A DNA stretch of 64,000 nucleotides from Eledone cirrhosa (taxonomy: Eukaryota). The stretch is from assembly GCA_964016885.1 (NCBI GenBank), contig OZ024747.1, forward strand, positions 30,690,001 through 30,754,000, read 5' to 3'. The notes beneath the pieces were generated by a model. It did no database searches, had not been told where the DNA came from, and saw only the letters and a list, made by a program, of their open reading frames with translations. Made by a program: the position numbers and the translations under genes. Each line of letters starts with the position of its first letter. The first letter of the stretch is position 1. This document shows positions 1 through 11,500 of this stretch, in pieces.

Positions 1-2441
1 TTTGACGCGTCGCATGCCAGTCCCAAAGTTTTGTTTGGATCGAAGTGTATCAGAACTTGATCCGATGAAAGCACATTTTTCAACTGATCGAAAGCTGACT
101 GTTCTTCATCTCCCCACTTCCAAGTAGTCGTTTTTTTTGTAAGGCAATAGAGTGGCTCTGCCATGCTGGCCAGGTTTGGGATAAACTTTCCATAGAACTG
201 AACTGAACCCAGGAAAGACTTCAAGCTTGAGATGTTCGTTGGAGGTGGCATCTTTAAAACTGCTTCGACCTTGGATCCCTTCGCGATCCCTTCAGCCGAC
301 AAGGTGTGTCCAAGGTATTCCACACTGGGTAGTGCAAACTGGCACTTGTCACGGCGACATCTGAGTCCTTTGTCGCAAAGACGTGTGAGCAGACACTTTA
401 GGTTGTTCAGGTGATCGTTTGCATCTTTCCCACTGACGAGCATGTCGTCCTGGAAGACGGCCACACCAGGTAGATCTTGAGTCAGGTTTTCCATGATCTC
501 CTGAAAGTAACCAGGTGCTGACTTGATTCTGAAAGGGAGTCGTTCCTGCAGGAGCACCCCACGGTGAGTGCTGAGTGCAAGCCTGCGTTGACTTTCTGGA
601 GCCAGCTTGATCTGATTATAGGCATCAGCAAGATCAATCTTTGTGTATCCGAATCCACCTCCGAGCTTCTGCATCAGTTCCTCTGGGAGTGGCATTGGAT
701 GACGATGATCTGCAAGTTGGTCATTAATTCCCACAGAGTAGTCACCACAAATCCGTAGTTTGGGCTTCAGGTTGCCTGAAGTATGTGCTTTACGAATCGG
801 TACCACTGGCGTTCCGTATTCGTTGAACTGTATTGGCTTCCAGATGCCTTCTTCGTAACCTTTGGCCAGGTCATCACGAAGAGCAAACGGGACCGGGCGT
901 GCCTTGTGAAAGACCGGTGTCGCGTCCGACTTGAACTTCACTTCCAGTTCGAAGTCATTAAGACATCCTAATTCTTGCTTGAAGAGATCTGGGAATTCAT
1001 CACACATGTGACAAGCTCGTTGCATGGAAATATAGGGCTCATTTGAGGTCTTTCGATGCATCACTTCTGCACCCTCACTCTTGGCCTGGCTGTCTATGCT
1101 TTTCAATCCTAGAGCATTGTCCACGGAAATTCCCAGAGTCTGGATAGCGTTTCGTCCCAGCAAATTAAGATCAGGGATCTTGGTGACGATGTAGGGTATT
1201 GAATTCCGTTTACCGGTCATTGGATCCTTGGTTTGGCCCATGAAAGTTCCCAGAACGGCCAGGTCGTGCTTGCTGGCAGATTCAAACCGATGTTTGACAT
1301 CTTGCAGCTTCGGTTTTCTTAATTGTTTCCAAACTGACAAGGAAACAAAATTGCCTGTAGTAGCTGTGTCCAATTCCATTGTGAAAAGTCTGTTCTGGAT
1401 TGTTATTGGCACATTCAAACTATGAGTATCGTGGGGAACTTCACCAAGGATCGCCTTGACTAGCTCAGCTTTCGTGATTCTTTTCACGTAATTCTGTGAG
1501 CGATGATTACGTTGCTGATGTTGTTTCTTTCTACACACCGCTTGCAAATGTCCCTTTTTGTCACAAAAATGACATTTGGCTTCTTTGAAGGGGCAGTCTG
1601 TCGCTTTGTGGGCCTTTCCACATAGGTAGCACATCTCCTGGTCTGTGGAATAAGACTGCTGATAGTTCTTTCGAGGACCCTTGTTCTTGTTCTGCTGGAC
1701 CTTGTAGACTTGCTTGGTTTTGGAACCGTAAACAGTTTCCTTGGCAACCTTTGCTGCGTCTTCGGTCCTGATGGCAACTTGGACAGCACGGGCAAAATCT
1801 AGTTCTGTATCCTTGATCTTGAAAATAGCCTTCAACACAGCTTCATTATTGACAGAACATATAAATCTCTGTCTTAGAGCTTCATCTTGTGGATTTGTGA
1901 TCTAAGGAAAATCACAGGTAGCTGCATCCTGACGTATACGTGCTGCCAGCTCCTGGAGAGTTTCGCCTGGCTTCCGTTGCATGTCACTCCAGAACTTGAA
2001 ACGTTCTCTCACAAGGAAAAGTTTTGGGTCGAACTGTTCTTTCATGAAGTCAACAATTTCGTCCATTGTCAACTTGTTGATATTCTTAGGCGGATTTTGT
2101 TGAGCAGCCAGATTTGCAAGTTGTTTGTAGATAGCAGCCATCTGATTAGTCAGGAACACTTGTGCCATGCGTTGCTCGGGTACAGCGTTAGCAGCCACAA
2201 ACGTGCAGAATCTTGACCAGTAATCAGGCCATAGTTCTGTTGTTGAATCAAAAGCAGCAAATGGTGGGATGAATGCTGTTGGTGTCGAAGCAACTGGCGA
2301 CGCCAATAAACTCTGTTGTTCAGAATCTCGAGCACCAAACAGTTTTATCAGAGTGTCCATATCTTTCTTGTGTTGTTGCATTTGTTGTTCCATCTGTTCT
2401 CTAAACAACTTTATTAGCTCCGCTGTTTGTTGTTCCGCCAT
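1..2441 (-). pseudogene. gag-pol polyprotein with a single in-frame TAG at 1904-1902
   Basis: ATG at 2441 (MAEQQ...). Manual translation past the TAG stays open to position 1 (CDFP*ITNPQDEALRQRFICS...LACDAS). Confidence 0.88.
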
Positions 2442-2499
2442 GTTTTTGTGATAAACAATTTCCCGGCAATGTAGGTAAATCCTATCGGCAATGTAGGTA

Positions 2500-2518
2500 A
2501 ATCCTATCAGCGACGCCA
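2500..2518 (-). promoter_or_regulatory. Primer-binding site, complementary to a tRNA 3' end (discriminator G, Ser-like)
   Basis: Minus strand TGGCGTCGCTGATAGGATT is the complement of AATCCTATCAGCGACG-CCA. Confidence 0.75.
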
Positions 2519-2526
2519 ATAAACTC

Positions 2527-2763
2527 TGTTGTATTCCTCTCGGTACTCGCAGAGAAAACACGAGTTATATCAAATAATTTGTGTAATTTGCGAAACAACC
2601 AAAACGCCCCTCCACGCAGTAGCAGAATAACATAAAGTAAGTCAGTAGCAGTCTGTGACCGAGTTTTTAATACCAACGCTGACTGACTGCCCAGGTCACG
2701 TGATTCATATGCAAATGTGTGAGCATGTGTAAATTGAATAGAAATTTAACAGTCCATACAACA
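2527..2763 (-). repeat. 5' LTR of the gypsy element (237 bp)
   Basis: Termini TGTTGTA...TACAACA (TG..CA, 7-bp inverted ends), directly upstream of the PBS. Confidence 0.8.
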
Positions 2764-3360
2764 ATGAGGTTGTGAGTTCGATTCCCAGTCCATACAACAG
2801 TTACTATCTGCTTTTCCTGCTAGGATAAGTTGAACATTGTATTTCATTTAAAATATGATAATGAAGATGTTAAAATACAACACCGGCAAGTTGGTCTAAA
2901 GAAACTAATTTTGAATATATATAACAAAGCTAATAAAAGTAAATATTTATCATTTCTTTATATCAACGTATTTTAATCTAATTAAATAATTTGTATAGTA
3001 TACAGTTCCAAAATATATCACATCAATGTCAAACATATTGATTGCTTCATTAATCATAAAAGTGTCTATCAACTCAATTTCATTTCAAAATTATAAATGC
3101 CAAACCCATTGTTTAGTATTTTTTGACAAAAATATTTACATTTGTATATAGGAAAATGATTTAATGGTTTGAGTATTTTTTATATTCTGAACATAAACCA
3201 AATATTATAAGCAGAAAGCAAATAGCTGAGATTTACAAACATGCTTCTAACACATTTAGCATTAGAACTATTAATAGAGTATATGAAGTGATCTGTTGGA
3301 ACCTGAAATGACAATATCCTTTTGATGGTAGGCATATCAAAAACCCCAAATAAAAATTAA

Positions 3361-3580
3361 AGTACAAAAAGCACTATGACTACTTCACACTGCTACATGA
3401 GTACAAAACAGTACTATGACTGCATCACATTAGTACAAAAGTGCAAAAATGCACTATGACTCTTCATATTAGTACAAAAGAGCACTATGACTACTTCACA
3501 TTAGTACAAAAGTGCAAAAATGCACTATGACTCTTCACATTAGTACAAAAGTACAAAACAGTACTAAGAGTGCATCACAT
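3361..3580. repeat. Minisatellite, about 30-39 bp unit (AGTACAAAAG...GCACTATGACT.CTTCACATT)
   Basis: About six degenerate tandem copies are visible. Confidence 0.85.
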
Positions 3581-3937
3581 TTGTTAATCAGAAATGGAAT
3601 GAACCAATGCTGGCTGAATGGAAAATTGTAACCAACAAAAATATTTTCCCCCAATTGCAATGTAAAATAAATAAATATGAAAACATCAAAAGAGTGACAA
3701 CCCATGTCGTGCTTCTTTTTTTCCTTCGAATATTTCATGATAAAATATTCAGGCATTGCTCATATATAAAATGTGATAGTTTCTCACAGAAAAGCAGAAA
3801 TGCCTTAAGGTGGAGTGAAAATTTAAATTAAACTTAGTGAATAGAGTAGCAAGAATTTTACAATATAACTGAGCAATGAAAATAATAATTTCAAATGTAT
3901 ACATACACACATGTTGTACACACACACATTTATGTAT

Positions 3938-4353
3938 GAAGGTGCATGACTTAGTGGTTAGAGCATTGGGCTTGCAATCGAAAGGTTGTGAGTTTAATTC
4001 ACGGACCGGGTGATGTCTTGTTTCCTTGAGCAAGACACTTTATTTCACTCTGCTGTAGAAATGAGATGATAGGACAGGGATCCCTATCGTTCACTGCAAA
4101 GTGGTCATGGAGGAGCCACAACAAAAAAGTACCCAGTCCACACTGTAAAGTGGTCGTGTAGGCGCCACGGAAAGAAAGCACCCAGCACTCACTGTAAATG
4201 AGGTTGGTGTTAGGAAGGGCATCCAGCTGTAGAAATCAAGCCAAAATAAGTTCCCGCATGAGACAAGGTCAGCCAACCGGACACTGCCACAGCAGGACAA
4301 CTTTGTCTAACACATGCTAGCATGGAAGATGGATGTTAAACGATGATGATGAT
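3938..4353 (+). mobile_element. tRNA-derived SINE, family A (RTE-type 3' tail, (GAT)n end)
   Basis: A-box-like TGACTTAGTGG, B-box-like GAGTTTAATTC, TCCTTGAGCAAGACACTT core, GGTGTTAGGAAGGGCATCCAGC module and (GAT)n tail. Homologous to the copies at 51478 and 63447. Confidence 0.85.
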
Positions 4354-4396
4354 ACATGCATACATATATATATATATATATATATACATATATATA

Positions 4397-4464
<68 letters not shown>

Positions 4465-4510
4465 TAAATATACATATATATACATATACATATATAATAT
4501 ATATATATAT
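4354..4510. repeat. (TA)n microsatellite
   Basis: Directly visible. Confidence 0.97.
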
Positions 4511-4710
4511 ATGAATAAAAATAGACCGAGAAACAAGAATGTCCTTCATCAGTAGCCTGCTGATTATCATTGCTATTTCTTCGCATTAAAGACTAGATAC
4601 CTAAAATCCTGATTTTAGGTATCTGGTCTTTAATGCGAAGAAATACCAATGATAATCAGTAGGCTACTGATGACGGACATTCTTGTTTCTCGGTCTATTT
4701 TTATTCATAT
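4509..4710. repeat. About 200-bp near-perfect palindrome (100-bp arms, 2-nt loop) between (TA)n tracts
   Basis: 4509-4608 is the reverse complement of 4611-4710 with about 4 mismatches. It contains CTGATGA. Confidence 0.95.
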
Positions 4711-4767
4711 GTTCATATTCACAACAATGCAGCACGCCATTTTTCATTCATATATATATATATATAT

Positions 4768-5515
4768 ATGGAGTTTAGTGAGGAATTCCAGATACAAGTA
4801 GGAGTACATCAGTGTTCAGTCCTCAGCCCGCTCTTGTTCATAGTCCTCCAAGCCATAACAGAGGAGTTTAAGACTGGCTGCCCATGGGAACTTCTCTATG
4901 CTGACAATCTGGTTCTTATAGCAGAATCAGTAGAGGAGCTAGAGAATAAATTCTGGCTATGGAAACAGCAGTTAGAATCAAGAGGACTGAGAGTGAACCT
5001 AGCTAAGACAAAAGTGTTGATAAGTAGAAGAGAGAACAAAACTCTGATTCCATCAGGGAAATGGAACAATATGTAGAAAAGGAACTGGCATAAATTCTAT
5101 AAAATGTACACAATGCAGAGGATATGTGACGGCTGGAGAGAAATGAAGCAAGCATGCTCCGTTGGATGTGCAATGTCAATGTGCGTTAATGACCAAGCAT
5201 AGATGAGTTGAGAGAGAAACTGTGTATAAGAGGGATAAGTTGTGGTGTGTGGGAGAGACGACTGAGATGGTATCAACATGTGATGCACATGGAGGATGAC
5301 CGCTGGGTAAAGAAGTCCCAAGAAATCCCAGTAGAAGGAAGACACAGTAGAGGAAGACCACGAACAACATGGGTGGAGGTGGTGAGAGCAGACTTCAGAT
5401 CGCTAAAGTTCACGGAGGAGATGACGAAGGACCGTGACAGGTGGAGAAATGCTGTGCTGAATAGGACACATCCCACCCTTGCAAGCAGGGAAAAGCGAAC
5501 GTAAAATGATGATGA
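4768..5515 (+). mobile_element. RTE LINE 3' fragment (subfamily A), internally deleted
   Basis: VGVHQ.SVLSPLLF, LLYADN, RRLRWY.HV, GRPR.TW. Tail CTTGCAAGCAGGGAAAAGCG.ACGTAAAA(TGA)n. Confidence 0.92.
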
Positions 5516-5770
5516 TATATATATAAGTTTTGCAAGGATTTTGATATGAAATCGGGTGTCGAAACAACTTTTGTTAAACTTGGGGAGGGTCATATTGTTA
5601 TAATATTACCAGCAATAATAATAGAACACACACACTGTTTGGTTTGGGTTGGTTTTTCGCTTCTGTATCTTTTATATCTCCATGGTTAATTTATTTGGCA
5701 ATCTATGTTTATCATTAATTGACCAATAGTTAAAAATACAGATATAAATATATATATATATATATATATA

Positions 5771-5887
5771 GTGTCTATGAAAGTTCTTTCGTCACACATC
5801 TGTGACATCATCAGTGTAAATATTGTAAAGTTTAACTTTACAATACATCAGGAGGAAACATAATAGTACAACTGATGATGTCACAGG
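5771..5887 (-). mobile_element. Fold-back fragment with a degenerate hammerhead core (Penelope-like terminal repeat remnant)
   Basis: Minus strand CTGATGA-T-GTCACA-GATG-TGTGAC-GAAA at 5814-5787, a central hairpin at 5821-5846 and an inverted CTGATGATGTCACAG copy at about 5873-5887. Confidence 0.6.
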
Positions 5888-8436
5888 GTGGGCATTTTAC
5901 TGGCCGAGAGGTGGATCAATAAGACGATAGAGATAGTTAGGGTCAGTAATAGAATAATAAGGATTAGATTAGTTGTAGGCAAAAACTGTTCACAATTATC
6001 TCTACCTATGCTCCCCAGGCGGGCCTAGGTAAAGAAGTGAAGGACTGCTTTTATGAACAACTTCTAGAAACAATCACAATGACAGAGGACAGAGACATAG
6101 TTATACTAGCTAGTGACTTCAATGGTCATGTTGGACAGCTCCAGGATGGATACACTGGGGTACATGGTGGTCATGGTTATGGCTCAAGAAATGAAGAAGG
6201 AGTGAGGCTTCTTGAATTTTGTGATGCAAGTGCACTAACTTGAAGAAACCTGCCAACCACCTAATAACCTACCAATCAGGCGAGCACATAAGCCAGATAG
6301 ACTTCTTGCTAGTTAGACAGCGAGACAGACAGATAGTGTCAAATACCAAGGAATACCATGGGGAAGAATGTACTCCCTAGCATAGGTTAGTCGTTAGTGA
6401 CATCTCAATGAGCAAGAGACAAAATGAAACATACTGGAAGGTGTGGAAAAGGAAGGTCTGGAAGCTAAAAGACCCTTTCACTAAAATATAAATTTAGGAA
6501 AGCCCTTCAAGATGTGTATGATAAAAAAGAATATGAATTAGAATCATATGACATAGATGATAACTGGAATTTCTTACGTGACAACTTACTGCGGGCTACT
6601 GAAGAAATTTGTGGCTGGAGCAGAGCTCCGACCCTACAGAGGGTGACTTGGTGGTGGAACAGCATGGTAGATAGAGCCATTAGAGACAAAAGACTAGCAT
6701 GGAAGGCTTGGAAAAAGGGTGGGAGTAGAGACTGATACACATCTGCTAAACGTCAAGTGTACTTAACACGCAGGGAAGCTGAGAGTATGAGGTTTGCCAA
6801 TGTTATGCGACGACAAGATCAGAAACGGGTGGTGCTCTGCATTGCAAGGCAGTGTGTCAGTGTAAATCAAGATGTTGTTGGAGATAAGTGTCTGAAATGA
6901 TGCGGTTTTAGTTTGTGTCACTGATGCTCAGAAAAAGGAGGCCAGGAAATGTCATTATGAGAGACTAATGAATGTTGAGAACGAATGGGAGGGAGAGAAA
7001 CTACCCCTGGTACACCCAACAGTGGGACCAGTTATCGGGATTGATGACTATAGGGTCTAAGAGGCAATTAAGGAAATGAAAAGGGGTAAAGCCGCTGGAC
7101 CATCAGGGATAGTTGCTGAGATGCTGAAGGCATCAGAAGTAGGAACTAAACTGGTTGCATGCATCGTCAATCAAGCTATATATGGCAGAGTCATACCCAA
7201 AGACTGGTGATCAATTGCTGCAAAGGTAAAGGGGGTGTTCTGGAGAGGATCAATTATAGAGGCATAAAAACTGATGGATCAGGCTATGAAAGTGGTAGAA
7301 AGAATGCAAGTGCAACTAATTAGAGAAAGGGTCAAATTAGATGAGATGCAGTTTGGTTTTGTGCCTGGGAAAAGTACAACAGATGCCCTCTTCTTAGTGA
7401 GACAACTACAAGAGAAGAATTCCAGATACAAGTAGGAGTACATCAGAGTTTCGGTCCTCAGTCCACTCTTGTTCATTATAGTCCTCCAAGCCATAACAGA
7501 GGAGTTTAAGACTGGCTGCCCATGGAAACATCTCGATGCTGACAATCTGGTACTTATAGCAGAATCAGTAGGGGAGCTAGGGGAAAAAATTCTTCTATGG
7601 AAACAGCAGCTGGAATCAAGAGGACTGAGAGTAAATCTAGCTAAGACAAAGGTGTTGATAAGTAGCAAATAGGACAAAACTCCATCAGGGAAATGGCCAT
7701 GTTCAATACGTAGGAAAGGAGTTGGCATAAATTCTATAAAATGTACACAATGCAGATCTTGGGTACACAAGAGATGTAGTGGGAAAGCAGGCAAGCTAAC
7801 AGGTAGAGAAAACTATATATGCAGTAGATGTAGAGGGAAATTTGACAGTAGTAGTCGCAGTGATAGACACATTTTTCAAATGCAGGTGGGTTCTATAGAA
7901 GTGGTTGATAGATTCTGATTCCTAGGTGATGAGATTAGAAAGGGAGTATCCAAAATAAGGATGGATTGGAAGCAGTTTAGGAAGCTGTTTCCTCTGTTGA
8001 CAAAGGCTGGTTACATGATGCCTGTGTGAGATGCGTGATGCTGCATGGTGTGAGACATGGGTAGCAACTGTGGAAGATATGTGATGGCTGGAGAAAAATG
8101 AAGCAAGCAAGCTCCATTGGATATGTAATGTCAATGTGCGCAAATGACCAACCATAGACGACTTGAAAGAGAAACTGGGTATAAGAGGAATAGGCTGTAG
8201 TGATGTGATGCTCATGGACGATGACCACTGGGTAAAGAAGTGCTAAGAAATCACAGTAGAAGGAAGACACAGTTGAGGAAGACCACGAAAAACATGGGCA
8301 GATGTGGTGAGAGCAGACCTGAGATCGCTGAAGCTCATGGAGGAAATGACAAAGGACCGTGATTAATGAAGAGATGATTAATAAGACATGTCCCACACTT
8401 GCAAGCAGGGAAAAGCAGACGTATGATGATGATGAT
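5886..8436 (+). mobile_element. RTE LINE (subfamily A), decayed APE endonuclease + RT
   Basis: YAPQ, SDFNGHVG, TWWWN, KAAGP, QFGFVPGKST, with many stops and frameshifts. Subfamily A tail followed by (GAT)n. Confidence 0.93.
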
Positions 8437-8530
8437 ATACATATACATATGTGTATATATATACATATGTATATATACATATACATATATGTATATATAT
8501 GCATATGTATATATATATATATATATATAT

Positions 8531-11500
8531 AATTCTGTCTGGCTGTTCTAAATAATCTTGTGTATTTTAAAATCCCAGTATATCGCTTATTACTGTTATA
8601 TGCTTTATTTAAAACCTTCTTCTCACTAACTACCCCATACCCCTCCCACCTGCCCACTCTTTCCCCCATTATTATTTGGACCAATCATAAGTCAGCGGCC
8701 TATGCTATCACTTCTCCTGGTTGCTTTTCGATATGATGGATGGACTAAGGAATTCTGGAGAGTCTGAAGAATCTGGACACTCAGTGACAATGCCAAAGAT
8801 AACGACAAATTCACCTCATGCTGCCGGACGAAAGGCCAAGCACTCCTCTTTGTTTCAGCCGCGGATGGCCAACATAACCCTAACCCCATCCCCCTCGCCC
8901 CTCCCTGCGCCCTACCCACCAAACCCAATCCAAAACTTCAGAGTTGGTACCATGAATGTAGGCACCTTAAAAGCTCACTCAAACGAGGTTGTAGAAATGC
9001 TTGAACGTAAGGAGGTTGATGTTTGCTGTATCCAAGAGACCAGGTGGAGGGGCGGGTAAAAAACGATGCTATAAGCTTTTCTGGGTGGGAAATGACAATG
9101 GGCTGGGTGGGGTAGGAATCATGTTAGCAGAAAAATGGGTGGATAAGATAATAGATGTAAATAGAGTGAACGACAGAATAATTAAAATAAGACTTGTTCT
9201 AAATAGAACTACTGTGACAGTAATATCTGCGTACGCACCCCAATCCGGACTGCCTGATGCTATAAAAGACAGATTCTATGAGACACTGATGCTCACTACC
9301 TCCCAAATAACCGACAGTGACTATATAATTATTGCTGGTGACCTAAATGGTCATGTGGACAACATTGTGACGGCTATGACGGAATCCATGGAGGCTATGG
9401 GTTTGGTACTAGAAATGAGGAAGGCTCCAGGATCCTGGATTTCTGTGACGCAAATAACCTAACTATCTGTAACACTAACTTCAAAAAATGAGACAATCAC
9501 TTGATCACCTACAGATCAGGAGAACATACCAGCCAGGTAGATTATATCCTTACCAGAAGACGTGACAGAGTGTCTGTTGTAAACACTAAATCCCTCCCCC
9601 ATGAAGAATACACCTCTCAACATAGACTCATAATTAGCGACCTCATAGTCAGAACGAGGCGTACTCAACAACAGAAGAGGATTATCCTCAGGAGACAAAT
9701 ATGGAAGCTAAAGGACCCCACAACCAGTAATAAATTTAAAAGCATATTACTTGATGCTTTCGACAGTAAGGAAGAGCAATTAGAGTCGTACAATATAGAG
9801 GAACAGTGGGCATTCCTGAAAGCAAACCTGCTGATGGTGGCAGATGAAGTCTGTGGCTGGAGCAGGCCTATAGGCAGGAGGAGAGTAACGTGGTGGTGGA
9901 ACAGTAAGGTGGAGGAGTCAATTAAGGCCAAAAAGCAGGCTTGGAAAGTATGGCAGGATGGGGGAAGTAGAGAAGACTATCAAGTGGCCAGGAGAGAAGC
10001 TAGGAGACAAGTGTACTTCGCAAGGGAAGCAGAGGAAAGAAAGTTCAAGCATGTTCTACAATGCGAGGACCAAAAACGTGAGGTGTTCAGGATTGCTAGG
10101 CAATGTGTCAAGGAAAACAGTGATATTGTCAGGGAGAAGTGTGTCCTAAATGATGATGGTGTACTTGCCATCACTGATGCTGATAAGAAGGTAGCTTGGA
10201 AGTGTCACTATGAAAGGCTACTAAATGAGGAGAATAAATGGGAGAAAGACAGTCTCCCCCCACATCGATCCAATAGAGGGACTAGCAGTGTTAGGTGAAG
10301 GTAGTATAATAAGTAAGGCAATCAAAGATATGAAGACGGGTAAGGCAGCTGGGCCTTCGGAAATAGTTGCTGAAATGCTGAAAGCTTCTGGAACGGTGGG
10401 ACACACTATGGTCACCCGGATAGTAAACCAAGTCATACAGAATGGGGTTGTTCCGAAGGACTGGCGTAGCAGCATCATCATTAACTGCTACAAGGGTAAA
10501 GGAGATGCCCTAGATAGGAGTAACTATCGAGGCATTAAATTAATTGACCAGGTCATGAAGGTCACAGAAAAAGTAAGAGAGCAACTAATCAGAGAGCGAA
10601 TTGATCTAGATGAAATGCAGTTAAGGTTTGTGTCAGGTAAAAGTAACACAGACGCTCTTTTCATTGTACGACAACTACAGGAGAAGTACCTAGCTAAAGG
10701 TAAACCCCTATACTTAGCTTTTGTCGACTTGGAGAAAGCCTTTGACAGAGTCCCCCGTTCCATTATCTGGTGGGCTCTTAGAAAACTAGGTGTTGATGAA
10801 TGGCTTGTGAGAGCTATACAAGCCATGTATAAAGAAACAGTCAGCAAAGTTAGAATTAACAACAAATATAGTGAAGAGTTTAGCGTAAAAGTTGGTGTTC
10901 ATCAGGGCTCCGTTCTTAGCCCCCTACTATTTATTATTGCCCTTCAGGCTATAACAGAGGAGTTCAAGACCGGCTGCCCATGGGAACTCCTATACGCAGA
11001 TGATCTAATGCTCATAACTGAATCAATGACTGAACTAGAGAAGAAATTCCAAACATGGAAGCATGGCCTAGAATCAAAAGGCCTTAAAATTAACCTGTCT
11101 AAGACTAAAATTTGTAGGAAGGAAAATAGGGCACCGGTCCCATCCGGGAAATGGCCATGCTCAGTGTGTAGGAAAGGAGTAGGCAGAAACTCCATTTTAT
11201 GTTCCAAATGCAAAGTATGGGTGCATAAAAGATGTAGTGGGATCACAGGTAAGCTAACTAACAATATAGATTTTATATGTGGCCGGTGCTCTGATGCAAT
11301 AAGTAGCAGCAAGTGCCCACTGAATACTAGCTCATTACATTGCACAGATGGTTCTATAGAAATAGTGGACACCTTCCTTTACTTGGGTGACAACATCAGC
11401 AGTGGTGGAGGGTGCTCTGAAAGTACAGTAGCTAGAGTCAGAACTGGATGGAAAAAGTTCAGAGAGCTTATACCACTATTAGCCGCTAAAGGGTTCTCTC

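Larger units (their letters stand above)
1..2763 (-). mobile_element. Ty3/Gypsy (Mag-like) LTR retrotransposon, 5' portion; continues beyond the window start
   Basis: LTR, PBS, then gag-pol in one frame: two CCHC knuckles (CYLCGKAHKATDC, CHFCDKKGHLQAVC), protease (MELDTATTGN...NLLGR), RT (ARPVPF, LRICGDY, KIDLADAYNQ, AVFQDDMLV, VEYLGH) and the start of RNase H (LACDAS). Confidence 0.95.

Noticed and set aside
3233-3302. Candidate next exon of the CUB gene (tttcAG-G-TTC..., RFQQITSY...)
   Set aside because: The phase fits, but it lacks the expected GF.a.(Y/W) CUB ending, hits a stop within about 23 codons and has no other support.
3361-3580. CRISPR-like periodicity here and at 20990-21140
   Set aside because: Head-to-tail minisatellites without unique spacers, no cas genes, eukaryotic context.
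3938-4015. tRNA genes at the SINE heads (also 28655, 51780, 63720)
   Set aside because: A/B-box-like motifs continue into SINE bodies and there is no complete cloverleaf.
4307-4586. YIYIYI-type ORFs here and at 12726, 14813, 19694, 28475-29354 and 60997
   Set aside because: Translations of (TA)n/(TG)n microsatellites.
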